A DNA stretch of 64,000 bases from Syntrophales bacterium. Lineage in GTDB: Bacteria; Desulfobacterota; Syntrophia; Syntrophales; PHBD01. Below the pieces are notes generated by a model. It made no database searches and was not told where the DNA came from. It saw nothing but the letters and a program-made list of their open reading frames with translations. Below are positions 40,455-51,215 of this stretch, one piece after another. Within the stretch, counting starts at the first letter, position 1; the number at the start of each line of letters is the position of its first letter. The translations under genes were made by a program, and so were the position numbers. The DNA is taken from positions 224,001 through 288,000 of the forward strand of contig OY764159.1 of assembly GCA_963668175.1 (NCBI GenBank), read 5' to 3'.

Positions 40455-41737
40455 AAAGACTCATTCTGAAAAACGGGCGGGTTGTCGACCCCGCCTCCGG
40501 AATCGACGAGGTCATGGATATTCTCATCGAAGACGGCCGCATCAGGAAAACAGGCAAGAACCTTACCGAAGGGAAACAGAAGAGCCCGGCGGAAATCGTC
40601 GATATTCAGGGTTTGACGGCTGTTCCGGGCCTTATCGATATGCATACCCACCTTCGCGAACCGGGATTCGAATATAAAGAAACCATACGCTCGGGATCGG
40701 AGGCGGCATTGGCCGGCGGCTTTTCCGCAGTGGCCTGTATGGCCAACACGATGCCCGTCAACGACAACCGGTCCGTTACCGAATTGATCCTGGGCAAGGC
40801 CGCTCAGTGCGGTTTGGTCCGCGTTTATCCGGTGGCGGCGGTCACCCTCTCTCTGAAGGGCGAAGTCCTCACTGAGTTCCAGGACCTGAAGGCCGCAGGC
40901 GCCGTCGCTTTCTCGGACGACGGAAAGCCTGTTGAAGACGCCTCCTTGATGAGGCGGGCAATGGAGTATGCGGCATCCATCAATATGCCCGTGATCTCCC
41001 ATTGTGAAGAGCCGAGCCTGTCGGCAGGCGGGATCATGAACGAAGGTTTCGCCTCCACCGAACTGGGATTGAGAGGCGTGCCGGCGATTGCGGAGGATAT
41101 CATGGTGGCCCGGGACATCCTGATCGCCGAATTCACCGGCGCCCCCGTCCACATTGCCCACGTGAGCACTGCCGGGTCGGTTCGCTTGATCCGGGAGGCC
41201 AAAAAGAGGGGGATCGCCGTAACGGCAGAAACCGCGCCTCATTACTTCACGCTGACCGAGGACGCCGTCCGGGAATTCGATACGAATACCAAGGTCAATC
41301 CCCCGCTGCGGGAAAACTCCGATATGAAGGCAGTGAAGGAAGGCCTCAGAGACGGCACCATCGATGCGATCGCCTCGGATCACGCCCCTCACGCCGTGAC
41401 GGACAAGGAAGTAGAGTACGATTACGCCGCGAGCGGCATCGTTGGGCTGGAAACATCCCTGGGTTTGAGCCTGGCATTGGTGGCCGACGGCACGATCTCT
41501 CTTGCCGACCTTATCATGAAGATGAGTGTGAATCCCGCCCGCATCCTGAACGTCCCGGGCGGTACGCTGGCGCCATCTGCCATTGCCGACATAACCGTCA
41601 TCGACATCGAGAAGGAATGGCAAGTGAATGCCGCTACTTTCCGTTCCTTAAGCAGGAATACACCCTTCGGCGGCCGGACCCTTAAGGGCAAGGCCGTCAT
41701 GACGATCGTCGGCGGGGAGATCAAATACCGGGAATGA
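40451..41737 (+). CDS. pyrC: Dihydroorotase (type I)
   Basis: [17 protein letters not shown] and SDHAPH motifs. Confidence 0.96.
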   Translation: MKRLILKNGRVVDPASGIDEVMDILIEDGRIRKTGKNLTEGKQKSPAEIVDIQGLTAVPGLIDMHTHLREPGFEYKETIRSGSEAALAGGFSAVACMANTMPVNDNRSVTELILGKAAQCGLVRVYPVAAVTLSLKGEVLTEFQDLKAAGAVAFSDDGKPVEDASLMRRAMEYAASINMPVISHCEEPSLSAGGIMNEGFASTELGLRGVPAIAEDIMVARDILIAEFTGAPVHIAHVSTAGSVRLIREAKKRGIAVTAETAPHYFTLTEDAVREFDTNTKVNPPLRENSDMKAVKEGLRDGTIDAIASDHAPHAVTDKEVEYDYAASGIVGLETSLGLSLALVADGTISLADLIMKMSVNPARILNVPGGTLAPSAIADITVIDIEKEWQVNAATFRSLSRNTPFGGRTLKGKAVMTIVGGEIKYRE

Positions 41738-42507
41738 ACACGAAAAGCAGTCACAAAACGCCGGCGGTCGTCCTTCGCTGCCTGGATTACGGCGAATCGG
41801 ACCGCATCGTCACTTTCTACACCCTGGAGTTCGGAAAACTAAGCGGTATCGCCAAGGGCGCCAAGAAGAGCCAGAAGCGCTTTGCCAACGCCCTCGAACC
41901 TTTCTCTTCGTCTCATATCCTCTTCTCAAAAAGGGGCCGTGATTCCCTGGCCTTCCTTGAGAACTGCGACATGATCAATCACTACGGCGCCATCAGGGAA
42001 GATCTGGAAAAAACGCTCCTCGCCTCCTACCTGGTGGACGTGACAGAACAGTTTACGGTGGAAGGGAAAAGGCAGGAGAATCTGTTTCACCTCTTGACCG
42101 ACTTTCTGGCGCTTATCGCCGAGGGGAAGCCCACGGAAGGTCTTATCCGTTTCTTTGAGATGCGGCTCCTGAAACTTGCCGGGTACGAACCCGTTCTTGA
42201 TCGTTGCCTGGCCTGTCATCATCCCGTCGACAACGGAGACAGCTACTATTTTCTGCCGAAAGACGGAGGCGTTCGCTGCCAGGCCTGCCGAGGCAGCAAC
42301 GAGCAGGCGATTCAGCTCTCCGCCGGCACCATCAGAAGCCTTCTCCTGGGCCGCGATATGGAGACAAGCCGGATCGGCAGGCTGATTCTGTCGCCCCAGT
42401 CGGCCGATGAAAGCAGAAAAATGATGACCTCGTTCATTCGTCATATTCTCGGCCGGGACCTCAGGTCACTCCAGGTCCTTCAACAGATCCGGCGCCTGGG
42501 CATCTGA
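41734..42507 (+). CDS. recO: DNA repair protein RecO
   Basis: DYGESDRIVTFYT..GK...IAKGA OB-fold; CLAC...CQAC zinc finger. Confidence 0.93.
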   Translation: MNTKSSHKTPAVVLRCLDYGESDRIVTFYTLEFGKLSGIAKGAKKSQKRFANALEPFSSSHILFSKRGRDSLAFLENCDMINHYGAIREDLEKTLLASYLVDVTEQFTVEGKRQENLFHLLTDFLALIAEGKPTEGLIRFFEMRLLKLAGYEPVLDRCLACHHPVDNGDSYYFLPKDGGVRCQACRGSNEQAIQLSAGTIRSLLLGRDMETSRIGRLILSPQSADESRKMMTSFIRHILGRDLRSLQVLQQIRRLGI

Positions 42508-42659
42508 CGGATGACCGACGAGTCGGCGCATTGCCCTCCACATCCGGATCTGTTGTTATCGTCGCATGACCCGTCTTGCGCCCAGAAAACATATCCTGCT
42601 TGAAATACGATACATTTTTGGTATAAGTACTAATATCATTTTCCCGGGGAGGGAATGTC

Positions 42660-42824
42660 ATGCCGACATACGAATATCAGTGCGAGAAGTGTGGCAAGAG
42701 GTTTTCTGTGAAGCAATCGATTGCCGAACACGGCAATGTCAAGGTGCTCTGTCCAAAATGTAAAAACCGGAATGTCCGACAGCTCATCACGGCATTTACA
42801 GCCAAAACGAGCCGAAAAAGCTAA
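42660..42824 (+). CDS. FmdB-family zinc ribbon protein (54 aa, not in the ORF track)
   Basis: Hand translation MPTYEYQCEKCGKRF...CPKCKNRNVRQLITAFTAKTSRKS; GGGAGGG RBS. Confidence 0.88.
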   Translation: MPTYEYQCEKCGKRFSVKQSIAEHGNVKVLCPKCKNRNVRQLITAFTAKTSRKS

Positions 42825-43038
42825 TCGATAAAAGAGAATCGGAGGAAACGGTCTCCCGGGAGAAAGCCGGACAAGCCGTATCCATCAAAAGGAAACATGA
42901 TCTTGAGGTTCCGGACCCGGGCGAACTGCAGCGGACACCGTCTCTTCGAAAGAGGTAGGATATTATTGATACCACGATGTCTTTTGTTATCGCAACGGAC
43001 GCACAGCCCTCAAAAAACCAAGACTAGGCAATAATTTC

Positions 43039-44091
43039 ATGATTGATGCTCCTAAAATCCGCAACATTCTCTTCTTCGGCCTCATGGCCCTCGTGTTGAT
43101 CATTTTTCTGTTTATCTTGCGGCCTTTTTTCTTCCCCATCTTTTGGGCCGCCGTCATCGCGAGCGTCTTTCGCCCCGTTTATATCAAAGTGCGCCAAACC
43201 ATCGGCAACCCCGATCTCAGCAGCATCCTCGTCCTGCATGTGATTCTCCTGATTCTGCTCTTGCCTGCCGGCATCATCGGAGGTCTCGCCATTTCGGAAT
43301 CGCTCGACCTTTACGGCAATATGGACAGCAACAACCGTTACATGCAGGCTGTCTTACAGGATATCTTTAATCAGTTCACCCACCATCCGATCGTACAAAA
43401 ACTTCATATCGATGAAAAGATCTGGATAGAGAAGCTTACGGAGACCACCAAAGCCCTGGCCGACTACCTTCTGGGAAGCATACGCAGCTTAACGGAAAAT
43501 ACCCTGATATTTATCGTCAAGTTCGGGGTTATGCTCTATGCCTTGTATTTCTTTATCCGGGACGGAGACAGGTTCCTGAATATGATCATCCGCTACTTCC
43601 CCCTGGGCGGCGGACGGGAAGAGATTCTTTTAGAGAAATTCAAGACCACGGCCCTTGCCACCCTCAAAGTCACTCTGATTATCGGAGGAATCCAGGGAAC
43701 GCTGGGAGGAATCGTTTTTTTCATCACCGGCATCAAGGGCAGCATGATGTGGGGGATTGTCATGGTCTTGACGTCCATCATCCCAACAGTCGGCTGTTCC
43801 ATCATATGGGCGCCGGCGGGAATCATCATGCTCTTAACCGGTCATCTCTGGCAGGGAATCGTCATTCTGCTGTTCGGCGCGCTGATTATCAGCACCGTCG
43901 ATCAATTCTTGCGGCCGTTTCTTTTAGGCAAGGACGTCCAGATGCATCCCCTGATGATATTCCTGTCCACGCTGGGAGGCATCATGCTGTTCGGTATTTC
44001 CGGGTTCGTGATCGGGCCGATTGTCTGTTCCCTTTTCCTGGCCATCCTGGAGATGTACGAGCAGTACTACAAGGACGAAATCAGCCGTTGA
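43039..44091 (+). CDS. AI-2E family transporter
   Basis: Multi-TM; YFFIRDG, IPTVG, DQFLRP and GFVIGP motifs. Confidence 0.92.
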   Translation: MIDAPKIRNILFFGLMALVLIIFLFILRPFFFPIFWAAVIASVFRPVYIKVRQTIGNPDLSSILVLHVILLILLLPAGIIGGLAISESLDLYGNMDSNNRYMQAVLQDIFNQFTHHPIVQKLHIDEKIWIEKLTETTKALADYLLGSIRSLTENTLIFIVKFGVMLYALYFFIRDGDRFLNMIIRYFPLGGGREEILLEKFKTTALATLKVTLIIGGIQGTLGGIVFFITGIKGSMMWGIVMVLTSIIPTVGCSIIWAPAGIIMLLTGHLWQGIVILLFGALIISTVDQFLRPFLLGKDVQMHPLMIFLSTLGGIMLFGISGFVIGPIVCSLFLAILEMYEQYYKDEISR

Positions 44092-44164
44092 TGTCTTGAA
44101 ACGCAAGTACAGAACCGTCCGGCCGCGTTCATACAAGCCAAGGAGACGGCGTTGCAGGCATGCC

Positions 44165-44674
44165 TTAGGAAAACCCCTCCTCGCCTGCCAGTGTTTTGAC
44201 ATAGATGATCTTCCCGTCTCCCGGTGCGTAAAAATCCTCCAGGAAAGCCCCTTGACTGTAACCTAAGGCTTCGTAGAACAAACGGGTCGGCTCATATTGG
44301 GTTCTCGCCGAGGTTTCGGCATATACTCGCCGGCCGCCGCGCTTACCGATGAGATCCTCCGTTTTCGCCATGAGCTTCTTTCCGACGCCTTCGCCGCGAC
44401 GGACTTCGTCGATGGCAATCCAATACAGATCGTAACTCGACCGGGTCGCCGGGATGGGACCGTAACAGGCGAATCCGAAAAGTTCCTTGCCGTCGCCGGC
44501 AATGACATAATGATAATCGCTTTCCTCCCCTCGGGCTAATCTGTCGTCGACAAGTTCCAGCGCAAGTTCGATTTCCGCCTTCGAAAAAAAACCTGAGGAA
44601 GAGACGATGCGCCTGATGTCATCCCGATCGGAGTTCCGAAGCTCTTCCCGATATATTAACTTCTTCGGATTCAT
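44165..44674 (-). CDS. GNAT family N-acetyltransferase
   Basis: YDLYWIA...RGEGVGKKL acetyl-CoA motif; FYEALGY. Confidence 0.9.
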   Translation of the reverse strand: MNPKKLIYREELRNSDRDDIRRIVSSSGFFSKAEIELALELVDDRLARGEESDYHYVIAGDGKELFGFACYGPIPATRSSYDLYWIAIDEVRRGEGVGKKLMAKTEDLIGKRGGRRVYAETSARTQYEPTRLFYEALGYSQGAFLEDFYAPGDGKIIYVKTLAGEEGFS

Positions 44675-44810
44675 ACAGCACCCGCTTTACACGTGAATGG
44701 TATAAAACTTCCCTTGTTAAACGCATGATTGTATGTCATGAAATGGCAAATTAGTAAAGACCCGTGCCGACGGGCAGAAGTCTATTCAGGGTCAGGGTAC
44801 AGCAGAACTT

Positions 44811-45299
44811 ATGGAAGACTACAACCGGGCAGATATCCTCGACAGAGACGGCATGATTCGATATTTCGCTTACGAGAATAACATGTGTGTCGAATCGATG
44901 GCCCGTAAATGTCCTGCCTCCGTCATGCTTGGTGTTTCCAAACTCGTCCATCACCGCTTCATTATCAACGAACAGGGCATGGCCACCGTCATTCCCAAGG
45001 CCGCCAGTACCGTTTTCGGTGTCCTCTGGCTGTTAACCGAAAAAGACGAAAGGGCGCTGGACAGGGATCAGAGAATCGCCGAGGGTCCCTATATGAAAAG
45101 CATCAGGGAAATCGAAACGATAAGAGGAAAGACAACGAAAGCCATGACCTATGTCTCTTCGAATTTTATATATGGACTCCCCGGGCAGCACTGCATGGAC
45201 GATATGATCGACAATGCCGTCAGGCTCCATCTGCCGAAGGCTTACATCAATGAAATAAGAAGATGGACGAAGGCCTCCGACCCCGGCGACGCCAAATAA
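44811..45299 (+). CDS. Gamma-glutamylcyclotransferase (AIG2-like) fold protein, divergent
   Basis: YFAYENNM, ATVIP...VFGVLWLL and ALDRDQ patterns; start may be 44853. Confidence 0.7.
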   Translation: MEDYNRADILDRDGMIRYFAYENNMCVESMARKCPASVMLGVSKLVHHRFIINEQGMATVIPKAASTVFGVLWLLTEKDERALDRDQRIAEGPYMKSIREIETIRGKTTKAMTYVSSNFIYGLPGQHCMDDMIDNAVRLHLPKAYINEIRRWTKASDPGDAK

Positions 45300-45564
45300 A
45301 ACGACCATTTCCCAGGCCGGTCATCTATTTCCCATATCCGTCTCAATGAGACACGGGGATATGAAGACGGCGGACGGCCCAGAGCTCTCTGTTTGCGGGT
45401 GAAGGCGCTTTCAGAAAAACAGAGGCTGTCCTGCACATGGACTGAGAGGCCGGAAGCACGGCCGCATGGGGATTTTGTGTTGACAGGGACTGCGCTCCGT
45501 GTTAGGGAGCCGGAGAAAATACATAAGAAATACGGCATGCAACATGGTCGTGGAGGAGGTTGAT

Positions 45565-46449
45565 GTGACCTTTCAGGATTTAATCATGTCCCTGGAACGG
45601 TATTGGGCTGGCCAGGGTTGTGTCATCCAACAGCCCTATGACCTGGAAGTGGGCGCCGGAACCTTCAATCCAGCGACTTTTTTAAGATCTTTGGGACCTG
45701 AACCGTGGAATGTGGCCTATGTGGAACCTTCGCGGAGGCCAACGGACGGACGTTACGGCGAAAACCCCAACCGCCTCCAGCATTACTACCAGTATCAGGT
45801 CATCATGAAACCATCGCCGACGAATATCCAGCAGCTCTATCTCGACTCCCTGAAGAGCTTCGGTATCGATCCCCTGGATCACGACATTCGTTTTGTTGAA
45901 GACGACTGGGAGTCGCCGACGGTCGGGGCGTGGGGGCTGGGCTGGGAAGTATGGCTGGACGGCATGGAGATCACCCAGTTCACGTATTTTCAGCAGGTCG
46001 GCGGCATCGACCTGCGTCCCATCTGCGCCGAGTTGACTTACGGCATCGAACGCATCGCCATGTACATTCAGGGCGTGGATAACGTTTACGACCTCATGTG
46101 GAACGAAAAGATCAAGTACGGCGACGTCCATCACCAGGGGGAAGTGGAGTGGTCCAGATACAATTTCGAGCACGCCGATATCCCGATGCTCCGCAACCTG
46201 TTTGATATCTATGAAGCGGAGGGTATCCGCTTATCGGAACGGGACCTTGTCCTGCCGACGTACGACCATTGCCTGAAATGCTCACATACGTTCAACATGC
46301 TCAATGCCCGGGGCGCCATCAGCACGGCGGAAAGGACCAGCTATATCGGCAGGGTGAGAAATCTTGCCAAACTCAGCGCCGAGGCCTACCTGAGGCAGCG
46401 TGAAAGCATGGGATTCCCCTTACTGAGATCAGAGAAGACCTCTTCGTAA
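45565..46449 (+). CDS. glyQ: Glycine-tRNA ligase alpha subunit
   Basis: [19 protein letters not shown] and [11 protein letters not shown] motifs; GTG start after GGAGG. Confidence 0.98.
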   Translation: MTFQDLIMSLERYWAGQGCVIQQPYDLEVGAGTFNPATFLRSLGPEPWNVAYVEPSRRPTDGRYGENPNRLQHYYQYQVIMKPSPTNIQQLYLDSLKSFGIDPLDHDIRFVEDDWESPTVGAWGLGWEVWLDGMEITQFTYFQQVGGIDLRPICAELTYGIERIAMYIQGVDNVYDLMWNEKIKYGDVHHQGEVEWSRYNFEHADIPMLRNLFDIYEAEGIRLSERDLVLPTYDHCLKCSHTFNMLNARGAISTAERTSYIGRVRNLAKLSAEAYLRQRESMGFPLLRSEKTSS

Positions 46450-46508
46450 ATCTGCGAACCAAGCTTCACTCAAGCTGCGATCGCCGAACGATAGAACCGG
46501 AGAACACT

Positions 46509-48587
46509 ATGGGTAAAGAACTCTTGTTGGAAATAGGTACGGAAGAAATACCCGCCGCCTTTCTGCCGAAGGCCATAACCGATATGGAAGATATGATCCG
46601 AAAGATCCTTTCCGAAAAGAGGATCGGTCACGGCGCCGTCAAAGCCATGGCGACCCCGAGACGGCTCTGCCTCTATCTTGCCGAGGTGGCGGAAAAGCAG
46701 GAGGATCAGCTCGTCGAAAAGATGGGACCCGCCAAAAGGGTGGCTTTCGATGAAAACGGAAATCCCTCCAAGGCACTGGCCGGCTTTGCCCGGGGCCAGG
46801 GGATGAATATTGAAGACCTCATCAGTGTCACCACCGAAAAAGGCGAATACCTGTGTGCCCGGAAGATGATTACCGGAGAGGAAACCAAGGCGCTGCTGCC
46901 CGACATCCTGGCAAAATTCATTCCGTCCATACCTTTCAAGAAATCGATGCGCTGGTCCGATCTCGAACTGCGTTTCGCCAGACCGATACATTGGGTTCTC
47001 GCCCTGTTCGGAGGAGAAATCGTTCCTTTCCGGATCGAAAACATCGCGTCCGGAAGAGAGACGCGCGGGCACCGTTTCATGAGCCCGGAACCTGTCGCAG
47101 TGAAGGATTATAAGGATTATCTGGTCAAAGCCAGAGAAAAATGCGTCATCGTCGATCCCGATGAACGCAGAAAAGTCATACTGGAAGAGGCGGACAAAGC
47201 CGCCGCGGGAGTCGGCGGCAAAGTACTCCGCAACGATGAACTCCTGGAAGTCGTTACTTTTTTGATCGAGTATCCGACGGCCGTCTGCGGGAGTTACGAT
47301 GCGAGCTACCTGGAACTGCCGGCGGAAGTTCTCATCACCTCCATGATGTCCCATCAGAAATATTTCCCCGTTGTCGACGACAAGGGAAAACTGATGCCTT
47401 ATTTTATCACGATCAACAACACCCTGGCGCGCGATCCGTCCGTTGTGGCGCGGGGAAACGAAAAAGTCATCCGCGCCCGTCTCTCCGACGCCCGCTTCTT
47501 CTTCCAGGAGGACCGGAAAATCTCCCTGGACAAACGCGTGGAGGATCTGCAAAAAGTCGTTTTCCATTCTCAGCTTGGCACTTCCTTTGAGAAGGTCCAG
47601 CGCTTCAGGAAGCTTGCCGCCTATATTGCCAAACAGTTTAATCCGGCCCTGCTGGCGACGGCCGACCGGGCGGCCACCCTGGCCAAGGCCGACCTCGACA
47701 CCCAGATGGTCGGAGAATTCTCGGAACTTCAAGGCGTCATGGGCAGGGAGTATGCCCTTATCGCGGGGGAGAATCCCGTTGTCGCCAAGGCCATTTACGA
47801 GCACTATCTGCCCATCGCCGCCGGGGGCGAGCTACCGGCGACGGACGAAGGGGCCATCGTTAGCATCGCCGACAAGATGGATACCATCGTCGGTTTTTTC
47901 GGCGTCAACCTCATCCCGACGGGAACGGCCGACCCATACGCTTTGAGACGACAGGCGCTCGGCATAGTCAACATTATTCTGGATAAAAAATATCCCCTCC
48001 TTCTGGACGGCCTAGTCGACGAAAGTCTCCGCATCCTCGGCGACCTCCTCAAGAAGCCGGCCGCGCAAGTCAAGGCTGAGGTTCTGGAATTCTTCAAAGC
48101 AAGGTTCGAAAACCAACTGATTTCACAGGGACATCCCTATGACGTGGTTGATTCCGTCCTGGCAACGGGCATATCGGACATCACGCGCACATTCAAGAAA
48201 ATCGAAGCAATGGAATCATTCAAGAACCATGTCGATTATGCGCCGCTGGCCGTGGCGTTCAAACGCGCCGGCAATATCATCAAAGACTTTCACGGCGGTT
48301 CCATCGATCCGGCGATATTCGAGACCGATGAAGAAAGGGTTCTATTCGAGGCCTTCGAAGCATTAAAGCGAAAAGCAGCCACCCTTATCGACAACGACGA
48401 TTATCAGGGAGCCCTCATGGAAATGGCCCTCCTGAGAAAGCCGGTCGATGCCTTCTTTGAATCCGTCCTGGTTATGGCCAAGGATGACAGGATACGCTAC
48501 AACAGGCTTTCACTCCTGGAGGAAATTTTTGTTTTCTTCCGACGCATTGCGGACTTCTCCAAAATCGTGACCGAGAGCAAGGCTTAA
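46509..48587 (+). CDS. glyS: Glycine-tRNA ligase beta subunit
   Basis: EIGTEEIP, TPRRL, ELQGVMG and DPYALRR motifs. Confidence 0.98.
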   Translation: MGKELLLEIGTEEIPAAFLPKAITDMEDMIRKILSEKRIGHGAVKAMATPRRLCLYLAEVAEKQEDQLVEKMGPAKRVAFDENGNPSKALAGFARGQGMNIEDLISVTTEKGEYLCARKMITGEETKALLPDILAKFIPSIPFKKSMRWSDLELRFARPIHWVLALFGGEIVPFRIENIASGRETRGHRFMSPEPVAVKDYKDYLVKAREKCVIVDPDERRKVILEEADKAAAGVGGKVLRNDELLEVVTFLIEYPTAVCGSYDASYLELPAEVLITSMMSHQKYFPVVDDKGKLMPYFITINNTLARDPSVVARGNEKVIRARLSDARFFFQEDRKISLDKRVEDLQKVVFHSQLGTSFEKVQRFRKLAAYIAKQFNPALLATADRAATLAKADLDTQMVGEFSELQGVMGREYALIAGENPVVAKAIYEHYLPIAAGGELPATDEGAIVSIADKMDTIVGFFGVNLIPTGTADPYALRRQALGIVNIILDKKYPLLLDGLVDESLRILGDLLKKPAAQVKAEVLEFFKARFENQLISQGHPYDVVDSVLATGISDITRTFKKIEAMESFKNHVDYAPLAVAFKRAGNIIKDFHGGSIDPAIFETDEERVLFEAFEALKRKAATLIDNDDYQGALMEMALLRKPVDAFFESVLVMAKDDRIRYNRLSLLEEIFVFFRRIADFSKIVTESKA

Positions 48588-48891
48588 GATTGCCATGTCA
48601 GAGTATTGACACCACGCGGTCCTGGATACATTTTCCCGCGAGTATCGTCCTTGACGGATGGTATGTTATAGCCTGATCGTTTATTCCCTGCGATTTGCGG
48701 AAAACGAATTCGGATGGATCTGTAGATTTCCTTTACGGCAACGCCGCAATAAGCCATTTAAGAATCCATAAGTTTTGATTGAATTTATTTTGATTCTGAT
48801 CTAGTTTTACTTTGTATTTGCGCAAGGGATTACCTACGAACACAACCGTGTCCCCGTTAACCGGGCGGATAAACAAGGAGAAACGATCATA

Positions 48892-51192
48892 ATGGCCGAA
48901 CCCGCCGTTAACAGCAAGAAACTTTCCGAACTCGAAGAGAAGCTTTTTGTCCGGAAAGGGTTGTTGGATGTAACCAATCGAATTCATGCTGCAAAAAACA
49001 TCAAGCAGATCCTTGTCGATCTGAAGGATGCCATCCAGAATCTCTTTAATGCCAACTCCATCACCATTTACGTCGTTGATCGCATTAAGAACGAAATCTA
49101 TTCCATGTTCCTCGTGGGAACCCAGTTGAACGAAATCCGGGTCCCGATCAACAACAAGAGCATTGCCGGCTATGTCGCCAACACCAAAAAGGTCGTCAGC
49201 ATTGCCGACGCTTACGATATAGACGAGTTGAAGAGCATCGACAAGGAGCTGTCCTTCGATATCAGCTGGGACAAGAAGTCCGGATTTAAGACGAAGCAGA
49301 TTCTGGCCGCCCCTATCTTCTACAGCTCGGCCCTTATGGGAGTCCTGCAGGTCCTGAACCGCAAGACGGGAACGGGCCGTTTCAGCGAAGAAGAGAAATC
49401 CATCCTTATGGAGATCAGCCAGGTTCTGGGTCTCGCTTTTTATAACCAGGAGCGGATGAACAAGCGGCGTAAAACCCGTTTCGACTGGCTTCTCACCCGC
49501 GATTTGATCAAGGAGGAAGAGCTCGACAGCGCCTGGGAGGAAGCCAGGGAAGCCAAAGAACCGATGGAAGCCTTTCTGATGAGAAAGTATAAGATCTCAA
49601 AGGACGACATCGGCCGATCCCTCGGCGAATTCTATCGATGCAAATTTATTCAATTCAACGACAAGCTGCCCATACCCGGCGACCTTCTGAAAAACCTGAA
49701 GAAAGAGTATCTGCGCCGGGAGCTTTGGGTTCCCGTTGAAAAAATCGACGGCAACATCCACGTCATCGTCGACGATCCCAACAACATCCTGAAACGCGAC
49801 ACAATCGAAAGTCTCTTAAAGACCAAGGCGGTAACGTACGATGTCGCCTTATCCGAGGACATTGTCAAATTCATCAATCACTTCTATCACGCCCCGGAAG
49901 ATGAATCGTCGTTCAACGATATTCTCCACAAACTGGATTCGGACGAGGAGAGCGAAGATGAAGAAGACAACGGCGAAATGATCAGCGAATCGGACAGCGC
50001 CATTATCCAGTTGGTGAACAAGATCATCAACGACGCCTTCAACAGAAGGACCTCCGATATTCACATCGAACCCAACGTCACGAGAAAGAACGTGGAGGTG
50101 CGGTTCCGGATCGACGGCGATTGCCAGCTCTACCAGACCGTCCCATACAGCTACAGAGGACCCATCGTCGCCCGGCTAAAGATCATGTCGAACCTCGACA
50201 TCACGGTCAAGAGGCTCCCTCAGGACGGAAAGATCAAGTTCCGCCGGGGAGGCGGTGACGAGATCGAACTTCGTGTGGCCACAATTCCGACCCAGGGCGG
50301 CGTCGAAGATGTCGTCATGCGTATCCTCGCCAAGGGAGAAACGCTGCCGTTGGAAGCGATGGGCATGATTCCGAGAAATTACAAAGAATTGCTCGGCATT
50401 TGCGAAAAGCCTTACGGCATGATCCTCGTCGTCGGCCCTACCGGTTCGGGAAAAACGACTACCCTGCATGCGGCCCTACACCATATCAATACGCCGGACC
50501 GCAAGATCTGGACGGCCGAGGATCCCGTCGAAATCACGCAATACGGACTCCGACAGGTGCAGGTCCAACCTAAGATAGGTTTCGACTTTGCCGCCGCCAT
50601 GAGATCGTTCCTCCGGGCCGATCCCGACGTCATCATGGTCGGTGAAATGAGAGATTTTGAAACGGCCAAGACCGGAGTCGAAGCCTCGCTGACGGGTCAC
50701 CTGGTTTTCAGCACCCTGCATACCAACAGCGCCCCCGAGACCATCACCAGGCTCCTGGACATGGGAATCGATCCCCTGAATTTCGCCGACGCCCTGCTCG
50801 GGATACTTGCCCAGAGGCTCGTCCGAACCCTCTGCAAGAACTGCAAGGAGGCCTACCATCCGACGAAAGAGGAATACGACGAGATCGCGGACAGTTACGG
50901 ATCGGAGGAATTCGCCAAGCTGAACGTACCGTATAACGATAAATTCATGCTTTACAGGCCGAAAGGATGCGATGCCTGCGACAAGACGGGTTACAAAGGC
51001 AGGATGGGCATACACGAATTGCTGGTCGGGACGGATGCCATAAAAAAACTGATTCAGCGGCATGCCACCATCGAAGAAATGCGCAACACCGCGATGGCAG
51101 AAGGTATGACCACGCTGCTGCAGGACGGCATCATGAAATCGATCCAGGGTGTAACCGATTTTAAACAGGTACGCCGGGTCTGCATCAAATAG
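48892..51192 (+). CDS. GAF-domain PilB/GspE-family ATPase
   Basis: N-terminal GAF (SIAGYVA...DKKSGFKTKQILAAPI...GVLQVLN); SDIHIEP, GPTGSGKT, EDPVE, VIMVGE, TGHLVFSTLH; CKNC/CDAC zinc site. Confidence 0.93.
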   Translation: MAEPAVNSKKLSELEEKLFVRKGLLDVTNRIHAAKNIKQILVDLKDAIQNLFNANSITIYVVDRIKNEIYSMFLVGTQLNEIRVPINNKSIAGYVANTKKVVSIADAYDIDELKSIDKELSFDISWDKKSGFKTKQILAAPIFYSSALMGVLQVLNRKTGTGRFSEEEKSILMEISQVLGLAFYNQERMNKRRKTRFDWLLTRDLIKEEELDSAWEEAREAKEPMEAFLMRKYKISKDDIGRSLGEFYRCKFIQFNDKLPIPGDLLKNLKKEYLRRELWVPVEKIDGNIHVIVDDPNNILKRDTIESLLKTKAVTYDVALSEDIVKFINHFYHAPEDESSFNDILHKLDSDEESEDEEDNGEMISESDSAIIQLVNKIINDAFNRRTSDIHIEPNVTRKNVEVRFRIDGDCQLYQTVPYSYRGPIVARLKIMSNLDITVKRLPQDGKIKFRRGGGDEIELRVATIPTQGGVEDVVMRILAKGETLPLEAMGMIPRNYKELLGICEKPYGMILVVGPTGSGKTTTLHAALHHINTPDRKIWTAEDPVEITQYGLRQVQVQPKIGFDFAAAMRSFLRADPDVIMVGEMRDFETAKTGVEASLTGHLVFSTLHTNSAPETITRLLDMGIDPLNFADALLGILAQRLVRTLCKNCKEAYHPTKEEYDEIADSYGSEEFAKLNVPYNDKFMLYRPKGCDACDKTGYKGRMGIHELLVGTDAIKKLIQRHATIEEMRNTAMAEGMTTLLQDGIMKSIQGVTDFKQVRRVCIK

Positions 51193-51215
51193 TCGACGAA
51201 GGATTGGGAAGCCCT

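Noticed and set aside
42566..42763. 65-aa ORF in the track
   Set aside because: The real gene is the FmdB-type zinc ribbon in another frame (42660-42824).
45340..45470. GAAGGCGC-TTTCAG and a ctctgttt/aaacagag hairpin upstream of glyQ, suggesting a glycine riboswitch or T-box
   Set aside because: The P3 stem, the GGAGA context and the T-box motif are absent, and a TTGACA promoter-like element lies downstream of it.
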